Source: an uncultured Methylomirabilota bacterium (GTDB lineage Bacteria > Methylomirabilota > Methylomirabilia > Methylomirabilales > 2-02-FULL-66-22). Taken from it: a DNA stretch of 64,000 bases. The notes below the pieces were generated by a model that was given only the letters and a program-made list of their open reading frames with translations, was not told the origin of the DNA and did not search any database. This document shows, in pieces, positions 55,262 to 64,000 of this stretch (its first letter is position 1; each line of letters begins with the position of its first letter). The stretch lies in contig CAWJSJ010000002.1 of assembly GCA_963845565.1 (NCBI GenBank), positions 896,001 through 960,000 on the forward strand, written 5' to 3'. The position numbers and the translations under genes are program-made.

Positions 55262-56035
55262 ATGGGGATCCTGGATCGTTTCTCGCTGTCAGGGAAAACG
55301 GCGCTCGTCACCGGCGCCGGCAGGGGGCTGGGGCAAGGGATGGCGCTGGCCTTGGCCGAGGCCGGGGCCGACATCGCGATCGCCGAGCTGGACCTGCCGG
55401 CGGCCGAGGAGACGGCGGCCGAGGTCCGGAAGCGCGGGCGCAAGGCCTTGCCGTTCAAAGCCGACGTGACGGATTTCGACGGCGTCACGGCCATGTTCAA
55501 CAGCGTGGTCCAGGAGTGGGGGCACCTCGACATCCTGGTGAACAACGCCGGTTACGCGCAACCGGTCTCGGCCCTGGAGATGAGCGTCCCGGACTGGGAG
55601 CGGATGCTGGCGGTGGACCTCAAGGGGGTGTTTCTGTGCTGCAAGGCGGTGGCCCCGCACATGATCAAGCAGGGGGGCGGCAAGATCGTCAACATCGCCT
55701 CCATGTCCTCCTTTCACGTCAACCGGGACGCGGACTACTGCCACTACAACGCGGCCAAGGCCGGCGTGGTGATGCTCACCAAATCCCTGGCGGTGGAGTG
55801 GGCGCGACACAAGATCTACGTGAACGCCATCAGCCCGGGGTACTGCCGGACGCCGGGCAATGCGGCGCGTTCCGACAACCCGGCCATCCGGGCGATCCGC
55901 GTGGATCAAGGGATCATCAAGCGGTACGGCCAGGCGTATGAGGATCTCGGCGGCGCCGTCGTCTATCTGGGGTCGGACGCCTCCAATTTCACGACGGGCT
56001 GCAATCTCGTGGTGGACGGCGGATACAGTCTCTAG
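55262..56035 (+). CDS. SDR-family oxidoreductase
   Basis: TGAGRGLG, NNAG, YNAAK and VDGG. Confidence 0.92.
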   Translation: MGILDRFSLSGKTALVTGAGRGLGQGMALALAEAGADIAIAELDLPAAEETAAEVRKRGRKALPFKADVTDFDGVTAMFNSVVQEWGHLDILVNNAGYAQPVSALEMSVPDWERMLAVDLKGVFLCCKAVAPHMIKQGGGKIVNIASMSSFHVNRDADYCHYNAAKAGVVMLTKSLAVEWARHKIYVNAISPGYCRTPGNAARSDNPAIRAIRVDQGIIKRYGQAYEDLGGAVVYLGSDASNFTTGCNLVVDGGYSL

Positions 56036-56084
56036 GGTCGAGCCCGCGCCGACGGATCGTCGAGGGCGGCGCAAGGAGGGCACC

Positions 56085-57068
56085 ATGAAACGGCTGAGTG
56101 TGGCGGCGATCGCGGTCGCGCTGGTCGTGTGCGTCGGGGGTGTGGCGGTGGCCGGCGAGAAGTTGATGGTGTACACCTCGATGAAGGAGAGCCTGATCGG
56201 CAAGCTCCGGGACGCCTTCGCGAAGAAGCACCCCGAGGTCTCATTCGATTACTACTCGGCCGGGGCTGGGAAGCTGATGGCCAAGGTGGCGGCGGAGCGG
56301 CAGTCCGGTCGGCTGACCGTGGACGCCCTCTGGCATAGCGAGGTGCCGGATTTCTTCCAACTGAAGAAGGAAGGGGCCTGGGAGAAGTACGTGTCGCCCG
56401 AGGCCGCGGCGGTGCAGAGTACCGTCAAGGACCCCGACGGCTTCTTCACGCCGGCGCGCCTGGGCACCCTGGGCATCGCGTACAACACCAAGAAGATCAC
56501 CGCCGCGCCCAAGGCATGGAGTGACATGCTCGATCCGCGGTTCAAGGACGGCTTCGCCATCGCCAACCCGGCGTTGTCGGGTACGGCCATGATGAGCGTG
56601 GCGCTCCTCACCAACACCTTCGGCTGGGAATACATCCAGAAGCTGAAGGCGAACGGCGCCAAGATCGGCGCCGGCTCGGGGCAGGTGGTGGACGACACGG
56701 CCTCCGGCGACTTCAAGGCGTCGCTGGCGCCGGACTACATCGCCATCGACAAGATCAAGAAGGGGGCCACCATGGGCCTGGCCTACCCGCCCGAGATGCT
56801 GGTGGTCCCGAGCCCGATCGCCATCTTCAAGGGTACCCCGAATTTGAAGGCGGCGCAGAAGTTCGTGGACTTCCTCCTCTCCAAGGACGGCCAGACGATC
56901 GTGGCCAGCGAGGGCACGCTCCCGGTCCGCGCCGACGTGGTGGTGGACACGACCCACGGCCTGGTGAAGGCGGACGAGGCGGTGAAGCGCGCCATGAAGG
57001 CGGACTATCTGAAGGTGATGGCCGAGAAGGAGCAGATCATCCAGAAGTTCACGCAGACCATGCGGTAG
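56085..57068 (+). CDS. ABC substrate-binding protein, AfuA/FbpA class
   Basis: Signal peptide, VYTS, ANPALSGT and AAQKFVDFLLS. Confidence 0.88.
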   Translation: MKRLSVAAIAVALVVCVGGVAVAGEKLMVYTSMKESLIGKLRDAFAKKHPEVSFDYYSAGAGKLMAKVAAERQSGRLTVDALWHSEVPDFFQLKKEGAWEKYVSPEAAAVQSTVKDPDGFFTPARLGTLGIAYNTKKITAAPKAWSDMLDPRFKDGFAIANPALSGTAMMSVALLTNTFGWEYIQKLKANGAKIGAGSGQVVDDTASGDFKASLAPDYIAIDKIKKGATMGLAYPPEMLVVPSPIAIFKGTPNLKAAQKFVDFLLSKDGQTIVASEGTLPVRADVVVDTTHGLVKADEAVKRAMKADYLKVMAEKEQIIQKFTQTMR

Positions 57069-57166
57069 CGCCGCTGCGGCGCGGAGCAGATCGGGCGGGG
57101 CGGTGGGGCGCGAGGCGCCTCGCCGCCCCGCCGCGCATGCAGTCGGCCGTTCCGGCGGGAGCGATC

Positions 57167-58273
57167 ATGGCGGACGTGCGATTGGAAAATCTGGGCGCGG
57201 TCTTCGGAGCCCACCGGGTCTTTGAAGGCTTCACGCTGACGATCCGGGACGGCGAGTGCTTCTCGTTGTTGGGGCCCTCGGGGTGCGGGAAGACCGTGGT
57301 TCTGCGGATGATCGCGGGGTTCGAGCACCCCAGCGCGGGCCAGGTGTTCATCGGGGACCAGTTGGTCTCCAGCGCGGCCGGGAAGGTCCACGTGCCCACG
57401 GAATCTCGGAATATCGGCGTGGTCTTCCAGGACTACGCCGTGTGGCCGCACAAGACGGTCTTCGACAACGTGGTCTACCCGCTGCAGATCCAGAAGGTGG
57501 CCGCGGCGGAGGCCAAGACGCGCACCCTGGACGCCGTCGCCCAGGTGCACCTGACGGGACTGGAAGACCGCTACCCGTCGCAGCTCTCCGGCGGGCAGCA
57601 GCAACGCGTGGCCCTGGCGCGCGCCCTGGTCTCGCGGCCGAAGATCATGCTTCTGGACGAGCCGCTCACCAACCTGGACGCGAACCTCCGCGAGGAGATG
57701 CGGTTCGAGATCAAGGACCTGCAGCGGCGAACCGGCGTCACGATCCTGTACGTGACCCACGACCAGGAGGTGGCGCTGGCCATCTCGGATCGGATCGGGA
57801 TCATGGGGGCGGACGGGTCCCTCCGCCAGATCGGCGATCCGCACGCGATCTACACCGACCCGGATGATGGCTTCGTCTTCAACTTCCTGGGAGTGGCGAA
57901 CTTCATCCCCGTGGAGCGGCGGAACGGCGCGGTCCACATCCGGGGGAGCGATCTACCGCTCCGGGCGGAGATTTCTTCGGTCGCCCGGGAGCGCATCGCG
58001 AAAAACGAAGTGGTGGCCGCCTGCCGCCCCTTCGAGATCGATCTGGTTCGGGACGGCGGAGCGACGCGCGGCGTGGTGCGGCGGCGTGTGTTTCTGGGGC
58101 CCATCGTGACGTATTTCATCACGGTCGGTGCGGTCGAGATCCGCGCGCAGCAAGAGGCGGCGGAGGCCTTCCGGGACGGTCGCCCCCTGGAGGAGGGGGA
58201 GGCGTGCGGGCTCACCTTCCAGGCCTTGCGGTGGTACGACAAGGCCGGCATCGGGAAGGAGGCCGTCGCATGA
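57167..58273 (+). CDS. ABC ATPase (FbpC/PotA class, TOBE) 1
   Basis: GPSGCGKT, LSGGQQQR, LLDEP and VTHDQ. Confidence 0.93.
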   Translation: MADVRLENLGAVFGAHRVFEGFTLTIRDGECFSLLGPSGCGKTVVLRMIAGFEHPSAGQVFIGDQLVSSAAGKVHVPTESRNIGVVFQDYAVWPHKTVFDNVVYPLQIQKVAAAEAKTRTLDAVAQVHLTGLEDRYPSQLSGGQQQRVALARALVSRPKIMLLDEPLTNLDANLREEMRFEIKDLQRRTGVTILYVTHDQEVALAISDRIGIMGADGSLRQIGDPHAIYTDPDDGFVFNFLGVANFIPVERRNGAVHIRGSDLPLRAEISSVARERIAKNEVVAACRPFEIDLVRDGGATRGVVRRRVFLGPIVTYFITVGAVEIRAQQEAAEAFRDGRPLEEGEACGLTFQALRWYDKAGIGKEAVA

Positions 58274-59970
58274 CCGGCACCGACCGCAAGTTCGGCTTGG
58301 CGGAGCTGCTGCTCCTGTTCTCGGTCCTGGTCCTGGTCGTGGTGGTGGCCGTTCCGATCCTGCTCATCATCTGGAACGCCTTCGTGGTGGACGGGGGGCT
58401 GAACATCGCGGGGGTGGCGCAGGTCCTGAGCCAGCCCGACGTGTTCCAGGCGGTCGTGAACTCCCTGGTGATCGCCGCCGCGGTCACCGTGCTGAGCACC
58501 ATCCTGGGCGTCTTCTTCGCCTGGCTCGTGTCGCGGACCGATCTGCCCTTCAAGGAGACGATGAAGCTGCTGTTCCTCGTCCCCTTCATGCTCCCCTCCT
58601 TCATCGGGGCGATCGCCTGGAAGATCCTGCTGTCGCCGCGGGCCGGCCTCGTCAACAAGGCGTTCATGAGCCTCTTCGGCACCGAGCAGGCGCTCTTCAA
58701 CATCTACAGCCTGACCGGCATCATCGCCGTGGAGAGCATGTACCTCTTCCCCTTCGTCTTCATCCAGGTCTCGGGCGCGCTGGAGCGGATGGACCCGACG
58801 CTGGAAGAGTCGGCGCGGATCTCCGGGGCGGGGCTGCTCACCATCACGCGCCGGATCACGCTGCCGCTGATGCTGCCCAGCATCGCAGCCGGGGCGCTGC
58901 TCGTCGCGCTCTACTCGCTGGCCCATTTCGGCGTCCCCGCGGTCCTGGGGACCGAGGCCGGGATCTTCAACATCCCGACGCTGATCTACCAGAAGATCTA
59001 CGCCAGCGGCGGCCGGTTCGAGGCGATCCGGGCCGGGACGATCCTGTCCTCCATCCTGGTGGTCTCGGCCGCGCTCATCCTCTACTCCCAGAATCGAATC
59101 CTGACGGCGGGCCGGTTCCAGGTCATCGCGGGCAAGAGCGTGCGGCCCATGCTCCTCAAGCTGCGCGGCCTCAAGTACCCGCTGCTCGTCCTGAGCATCC
59201 TCTATATCGCGGTGACCGTGCTCCTGCCCACCGCCACGATCTTCCTGGTGGCGTTGCTCCGGACCTACGGACTCAGCTTTGCGCTCGAGAACATGACGCT
59301 GCACAACTTCACCTACATCCTGTTCACCATGAAGCTGACCAAGGACGCCATCTGGAACAGCTTCTACCTGTCCCTGGCGGCGGCCCTGGTGACGATGCTG
59401 GTGGGGACGCTCATCTCCTACGTGATCGTGAAGATGCGGGTGCGCGGGAAGTTCCTGCTGGAATTCCTGGGGCTCCTGCCCTTCTCGGTGCCCGGGACCG
59501 TCATCGCGCTGGGCGTGATCCTGATGTGGAGCGGGAAGTTCGGCGTGAACCTCTACAATACGGCCTGGATCATCTTCGTGGCCTACATCGCCCGCTACAT
59601 GGCCTTCGCGCTGAAATCCACGTCGGCCGCGCTGGAACAGGTCGGCGACTCGCTGGAGGAGGCCGCCCGCGCCTGCGGCGCCAGCCACTGGCAGGCGATG
59701 AAGGATGTCGTGTTGCCCCTGATCAAGCCCGGCATGGTGGCCGCGTTCTTCCTGATCTTTCTGCCGGCCTTGCGTGAGCTGACCACCTCGGTCCTGCTCT
59801 ACGGACCCACCACCCGGACCATCGGGGTGGCCATCTACGCCTTGAACGAGGACGGCGAGACGGTGTACGCCGCCGCGCTCTCGGCCGTGGCGCTGATCAT
59901 CATCGTCATCGGGCAGTGGGTCATCAAGAAGGTCACCGGCACGACCAAGATCGCCGGGGGAGGATCCTGA
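58270..59970 (+). CDS. Fused ABC permease (FbpB/AfuB class)
   Basis: Two EAA loops, LEESARISGA and LEEAARACGA. Confidence 0.92.
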   Translation: MTGTDRKFGLAELLLLFSVLVLVVVVAVPILLIIWNAFVVDGGLNIAGVAQVLSQPDVFQAVVNSLVIAAAVTVLSTILGVFFAWLVSRTDLPFKETMKLLFLVPFMLPSFIGAIAWKILLSPRAGLVNKAFMSLFGTEQALFNIYSLTGIIAVESMYLFPFVFIQVSGALERMDPTLEESARISGAGLLTITRRITLPLMLPSIAAGALLVALYSLAHFGVPAVLGTEAGIFNIPTLIYQKIYASGGRFEAIRAGTILSSILVVSAALILYSQNRILTAGRFQVIAGKSVRPMLLKLRGLKYPLLVLSILYIAVTVLLPTATIFLVALLRTYGLSFALENMTLHNFTYILFTMKLTKDAIWNSFYLSLAAALVTMLVGTLISYVIVKMRVRGKFLLEFLGLLPFSVPGTVIALGVILMWSGKFGVNLYNTAWIIFVAYIARYMAFALKSTSAALEQVGDSLEEAARACGASHWQAMKDVVLPLIKPGMVAAFFLIFLPALRELTTSVLLYGPTTRTIGVAIYALNEDGETVYAAALSAVALIIIVIGQWVIKKVTGTTKIAGGGS

Positions 59971-59972
59971 CC

Positions 59973-61049
59973 ATGGCGCACGTGATCCTCCGGGACATCA
60001 CCAAGCGGTTCGGCAGCGTGGTGGCCGTGGATAAGCTCAACCTCGAGATCGCCCGCGGCGAGTGCATCTCCTTCCTCGGCCCCTCCGGCTGCGGCAAGAC
60101 CACGACGCTGCGGATGCTGGCCGGCTTCGAGGACCTGGACGAGGGGGAGATCCTGGTCGGCGACCGCGTCATCTCCTCCAGCTTCAAACACTACTATTTG
60201 CCGCCGGAGAAGCGGGACTTCGGGATGGTGTTCCAGGCCTTCGCGGTCTGGCCGCACCTCTCGGTGTTCGACAACGTGGCCTTCCCGCTGCAGATCCGCG
60301 GCCTCTCGCGGTCGGAGATCCGGGAGAAGACGACCACCGCCCTCACGTACACCGGCCTGCTCGACGCCAAGGACGAGTATCCGAACGCGCTGTCGGGCGG
60401 CCAGAAGCAGCGGATCGCGCTGGCCCGGTCCATCTCGTTCAATCCGACGGTCATGCTTTTGGACGAGCCGCTCTCGAACCTCGACCCCAAGATGCGCGAG
60501 GTGATGCGGTTCGAGATCAAGGAGCTGCAGAAGCGGTTCAACTTCACCATCATCTACGTCACCCACGACCAGGCCGAGGCCATGGCGCTCTCTGACCGGA
60601 TCGTGGTGATGGACTTCGGGGCGCTGATCCAGCAGGATGACACGCCGGTCAACGTGTATCTGAAACCGGCGAACAAGTACGTCTTCGGCTTCATCGGCCT
60701 GTCGAACTTCCTGGACGTGGAGGTGGCGGCCGGGCAGGTCTACCTCAAGGGGGCGCGCGCGGCGGGGCCGGTGACGGCACTCGTCCCTCCGCATGTCCCG
60801 GGGAAGCCCCCCACGCTGGCCTGCCGCCCCGGAGAGATCGACCTGCTGCGCGACGGGGGCGTCCGCGGCGTGGTGGCGCGCCGGGTCCTCCTGGGGGACA
60901 TCATCGACTACCGGGTGACGATCGGCTCCACCGAGGTGCGGGTGCAGCGGAACGTGCGCAAACCGGTGTTCCGCGAAGGGGATCCGTGCGGCCTCGCGTT
61001 TTCGTCGCCGCATTGGTATGACGAGTCCGGGGCGCGCGTGAACGTCTGA
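59973..61049 (+). CDS. ABC ATPase 2
   Basis: GPSGCGKTT, LSGGQKQR, LLDEP and VTHDQ. Confidence 0.93.
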   Translation: MAHVILRDITKRFGSVVAVDKLNLEIARGECISFLGPSGCGKTTTLRMLAGFEDLDEGEILVGDRVISSSFKHYYLPPEKRDFGMVFQAFAVWPHLSVFDNVAFPLQIRGLSRSEIREKTTTALTYTGLLDAKDEYPNALSGGQKQRIALARSISFNPTVMLLDEPLSNLDPKMREVMRFEIKELQKRFNFTIIYVTHDQAEAMALSDRIVVMDFGALIQQDDTPVNVYLKPANKYVFGFIGLSNFLDVEVAAGQVYLKGARAAGPVTALVPPHVPGKPPTLACRPGEIDLLRDGGVRGVVARRVLLGDIIDYRVTIGSTEVRVQRNVRKPVFREGDPCGLAFSSPHWYDESGARVNV

Positions 61050-61137
61050 CGTCCGCGCCGCGACCGGCGGACACGGGCCTGCCCGGCGCGATCGCGGCGT
61101 GGCGGGGAAACACGCCGAGAGGAGCGGCACCGCCGGC

Positions 61138-61806
61138 ATGGCGCGGTATGTGTTGATCCGACACGGAGAATCCGTGTGGAACGGCGAGCGGCGGATCCAG
61201 GGGAATCAGGATCCTCCGCTGTCGCCCCGCGGGCGGCAACAAGCGGCGCGTCTGGCGGCTGGTGTGTCCCTCCGTCTCTGCACGGCGGCGGCCATCTATA
61301 CCAGTCCCCTGCGCCGGGCGGCGGAAACCGCCGACGCTCTCGGCGCCGCGACAGGCCTGCCGGTCCTGCCGGAGCCGGGCCTCCAGGAGATGCGCCTGGG
61401 CCGGTGGGAAGGGATGACCGTGCCCGAGATCCAAGCCGCCTTCCCCGGCAGCTACGAACGGTGGCTGGCCGATCCGCTGACGCACCCGGCGCCGGACGGA
61501 GAGCGCCTGGAGGATTTCGTGCACCGCGTGGTGGAGGCCTGGACGCGACTCTGCGCCGCCCGCCCCGGGGACGATCTGGTCCTGGTGTCGCACGGCGGCC
61601 CCATCAAGGCCATCGTCTGCCACGTCCTGGGGGTGCATCCGCGCTGGCTCTTCCGGATCAAGCAGGACAACACGGCGGTCAGTGTCGTGGAGGCGGACGC
61701 GGCGACGTCGCGCGTCATCCTGCTGAACGACACCTGCCATCTCGCCGAGGCGGGCGCCGACCTGACGCCGCGAGACGTCCTGACGGATCCCGGCGAGGCC
61801 GTCTAG
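61138..61806 (+). CDS. Histidine phosphatase (GpmB/CobC family)
   Basis: RHGE, SPLRRA.ET, G.WEG and SHGG. Confidence 0.9.
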   Translation: MARYVLIRHGESVWNGERRIQGNQDPPLSPRGRQQAARLAAGVSLRLCTAAAIYTSPLRRAAETADALGAATGLPVLPEPGLQEMRLGRWEGMTVPEIQAAFPGSYERWLADPLTHPAPDGERLEDFVHRVVEAWTRLCAARPGDDLVLVSHGGPIKAIVCHVLGVHPRWLFRIKQDNTAVSVVEADAATSRVILLNDTCHLAEAGADLTPRDVLTDPGEAV

Positions 61807-61978
61807 CAGGCTGCTGAAAACGGCCCATCTGCTGCGTTGGCTCACTCGAGCGCTCATTGCGGCGTACGAAGTACGCCTCACTCGGCCACGGGCACCCATC
61901 CACAGGATGGGTCACGCCGCCTGGCATCTGGACCATTTTGAGCAGCCTGGGGAAACGCGGTTTTTCCGCATCCTGCTA
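61804..61978. mobile_element. MITE-like element family B, copy 2
   Basis: TAGCAGGCTGCTGAAAA ... TTTTTCCGCATCCTGCTA, TA at both ends. Confidence 0.8.
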
Positions 61979-62011
61979 ATCCGCCCCCACGCGTGAGAGG
62001 AGTCCCGTCGC

Positions 62012-62788
62012 ATGGATCTCGCATCGTGTCGCGCGTTCGTCTTCGATCTCGACGGCTGCGTCTATCACGGCAACACGCTGCTGCCGCACGTGGAAACCCT
62101 GCTCGCCGCGCTGCGCCGGACCGGCCGCCGTGTGCTCTTTCTCACCAACAATTCTCGGGAGGGAAGCGACGAACTGCTGGTGAAGCTCAACCGGCTGGGA
62201 ATCGCGGCTGCGCAGGAGGAGATCATTTCGGCGGCCGAGGCGACCGCGCCGTTCGTCCGGGAACGGTACGGGCCGGCCCGTATCCTGGCGGTGGGATCCC
62301 CGCGGCTGCTCCGGCTGCTGGAGGCCGCGGGGCATCGCCTGGTCTCGCTCGAGGCCTGCCGGGAGGCGCGGGTCGTGGTGATGGGGCACGATGAGGCGTT
62401 CGACTATCCGAAGCTCACGGCGCTGGCACGGGCCGTGCGGGCGGGGGCGCCCCTGGTGGCGGTGAACCTGGACCCCCGGCTTCCCGTCGAGGGCGGGGAG
62501 TTCTTTCCGGGGTGCGGGGCGCTGGTGGAAGCGGTGGCGGCCGCCGCCGGGGTTCGACCGGTGGTGGTGGGAAAGCCCGAGCCGCACCTGTTCGAGGTGG
62601 CGCTGGCCCGCCTGCAGCTTCCCGCTGCGGCGGTGGTCATGGTCGGGGACAGCCCCCTCTCCGACATCCGCGGCGCCCAGGGGGCGTCCCTCCGGACCAT
62701 CTGGATCGCTCCCCCGGACGCCGAGGCCGGCGACCTGCGCCCGGACCTGACGATCCGCAGCTACGCCGAGCTCCTGCCGACGCTCTGA
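62012..62788 (+). CDS. HAD-IIA (NagD-like) phosphatase
   Basis: FDLDG, LTNNS, GKP and MVGDS..SDI. Confidence 0.92.
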   Translation: MDLASCRAFVFDLDGCVYHGNTLLPHVETLLAALRRTGRRVLFLTNNSREGSDELLVKLNRLGIAAAQEEIISAAEATAPFVRERYGPARILAVGSPRLLRLLEAAGHRLVSLEACREARVVVMGHDEAFDYPKLTALARAVRAGAPLVAVNLDPRLPVEGGEFFPGCGALVEAVAAAAGVRPVVVGKPEPHLFEVALARLQLPAAAVVMVGDSPLSDIRGAQGASLRTIWIAPPDAEAGDLRPDLTIRSYAELLPTL

Positions 62789-62855
62789 CCCCGTCCGGAA
62801 TCCGACGTTCTGTGCCGCGGCTGATCGCTGACTGTTGATGGCTGAGAGTTGGCGG

Positions 62856-62960
62856 TTAGGAGCCGTTACGAAATAACCTATACATCTCTTTCTATTTCGT
62901 TACGGCTCCTTATGCCGTTTCGGAATGTCTCCGCTCAACTAATTCTTTGACAACGGCTAG
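62856..62960 (-). mobile_element. 105-bp element family A, copy 3 (inverted)
   Basis: Reverse complement of 26836-26940 with only a few substitutions. Confidence 0.85.
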
Positions 62961-63188
62961 TGTCCTGTCTCTGAAGTTCGTTGACGATGTACCGGGCCGC
63001 AGGTCCATTCCTCCGACGCGTTGCGCCTCGTCGAGAACCGCCCGGCCTTGCTCCGGGTCGTCCCGCCTGCGGCGAGACTCCGGACCGGAGCCGGCCGGGG
63101 GTACCCATCCGCGGATGGGCTGGCGCGGCGTCCTCGGGATGGACCTGCGGCCCTGACTTATGTGGCGAATCTCTGGGACAGGACACTA
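62958..63188. mobile_element. MITE-like element family C (TA-flanked, IS630-like ends)
   Basis: TAGTGTCCTGTC ... GACAGGACACTA terminal IR plus an inner IR GGGCCGCAGGTCCAT / ATGGACCTGCGGCCC. Confidence 0.75.
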
Positions 63189-64000
63189 GTACATGAACCG
63201 CCGCATGTGGATGTTCAGGAGGAGGCCCAGGCTGAGCATGGTTGTCAGCATGGAGGAGCCGCCGTAGCTCAAGAGGGGGAGCGGGATGCCCACGACGGGG
63301 AGCATGCCCAGGACCATGGCCACGTTGATGAACACCTGGATCGCCAGCGTGACGGTGATGCCCATGGCCAGGAGGCTGGCGAAGAAGTCGGTGGAGTCGC
63401 CGGCGATCTGGAACCCCCGGGTGATGACATAGACGAACACCAGCAGGACCAGCAGGCAGCCCAGAAAACCCCACTGCTCCGCCAGGACGGCGAACAGGAA
63501 GTCGGTGTGGTTCATGGGGAGGAAGTTCAGCTGGCTCTGCGAGGCGGCCATCCATCCCTTGCCGAACGCCCCGCCCGAGCCGACGGCGATCTTCGACTGG
63601 GCGATGTGGTAGCTGGCCCCCAGCGGGTCCAGGTCGGGATTGAGATACACCAGGATGCGCCGCCGCTGGTAATCCTTGAGGAACGCCCAGAGGAGCGGCG
63701 CCAGGACGCCGCCCGTGATGCCGAGCGGCAGCAGGTATTTCCAGTGGAGGCCGAGCAGAAGCATGATGGCGGTGGCGTTGAACACCAGCAGGAGTGCCGT
63801 CCCGAGATCGGGCTGCTTGAGCACGAGTGCAGCGCACGCCAGCGTGATGCCTGCCGGGAGCAGCATGGTCTTGGGCTGGTGCAGGATCTCCCGCCGGTCA
63901 TCGAAGTAGCGCGCCAGGAAGAGCACCAGGCTGAGCTTCATGAATTCCGACGGCTGGACGGTGATCGGTCCGATCCGGATCCAGCGTTGGGCCCCCAAGC
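63186..64000 (-). CDS. rodA: Rod shape-determining protein RodA (5' part outside the window)
   Basis: GAQRWI, QPSE..K, QPDLGT, YQRRRI, IAVGSGG, HTDF and PLLSYGGSS. Confidence 0.92.
   Translation of the reverse strand, partial: LGAQRWIRIGPITVQPSEFMKLSLVLFLARYFDDRREILHQPKTMLLPAGITLACAALVLKQPDLGTALLLVFNATAIMLLLGLHWKYLLPLGITGGVLAPLLWAFLKDYQRRRILVYLNPDLDPLGASYHIAQSKIAVGSGGAFGKGWMAASQSQLNFLPMNHTDFLFAVLAEQWGFLGCLLVLLVFVYVITRGFQIAGDSTDFFASLLAMGITVTLAIQVFINVAMVLGMLPVVGIPLPLLSYGGSSMLTTMLSLGLLLNIHMRRFMY

Noticed and set aside
55860..61049. Calling the ABC system an iron transporter with fbpABC symbols
   Set aside because: No Fur-like box or iron genes nearby, and the context points to phosphorylated substrates.

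Overview
High-GC bacterial chromosomal segment. Gene content and style would fit Methylomirabilota/Rokubacteria or a deltaproteobacterium-like lineage, but that is inference only. (1) 1-15.3 kb is a potassium-homeostasis island: ktrAB, two KimA/YdaO-like permeases plus a decayed third fragment, kdpDE with no kdpFABC in view, trkA-trkH and a pair of single-RCK TrkA genes. Three promoters carry 11-bp-period direct repeats resembling KdpE boxes. (2) 15.3-40 kb is largely housekeeping: groESL with a CIRCE element, alr, a sugar-1-P nucleotidyltransferase/PMM fusion followed by a full-length phosphohexomutase with all catalytic loops degenerate, eno, ftsB, dxr-rseP-ispG-proS, yicC-remA-gmk-rpoZ, mobBA and mqnA. 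(3) 40-63 kb is a nutrient-uptake region: two tandem tripartite tricarboxylate transporters, a Dpp-type ABC system without ATPases, and an AfuABC/FbpABC-class ABC system with two ATPases flanked by phosphatases. The window ends inside rodA. At least three families of short non-autonomous inverted-repeat elements (MITE-like) are present, and four copies overlap stop codons. Many apparent +1 frameshifts (groEL, proS, trkH, kimA, alr) are most likely long-read sequencing errors. No rRNA, tRNA, CRISPR array or transposase was recognised.
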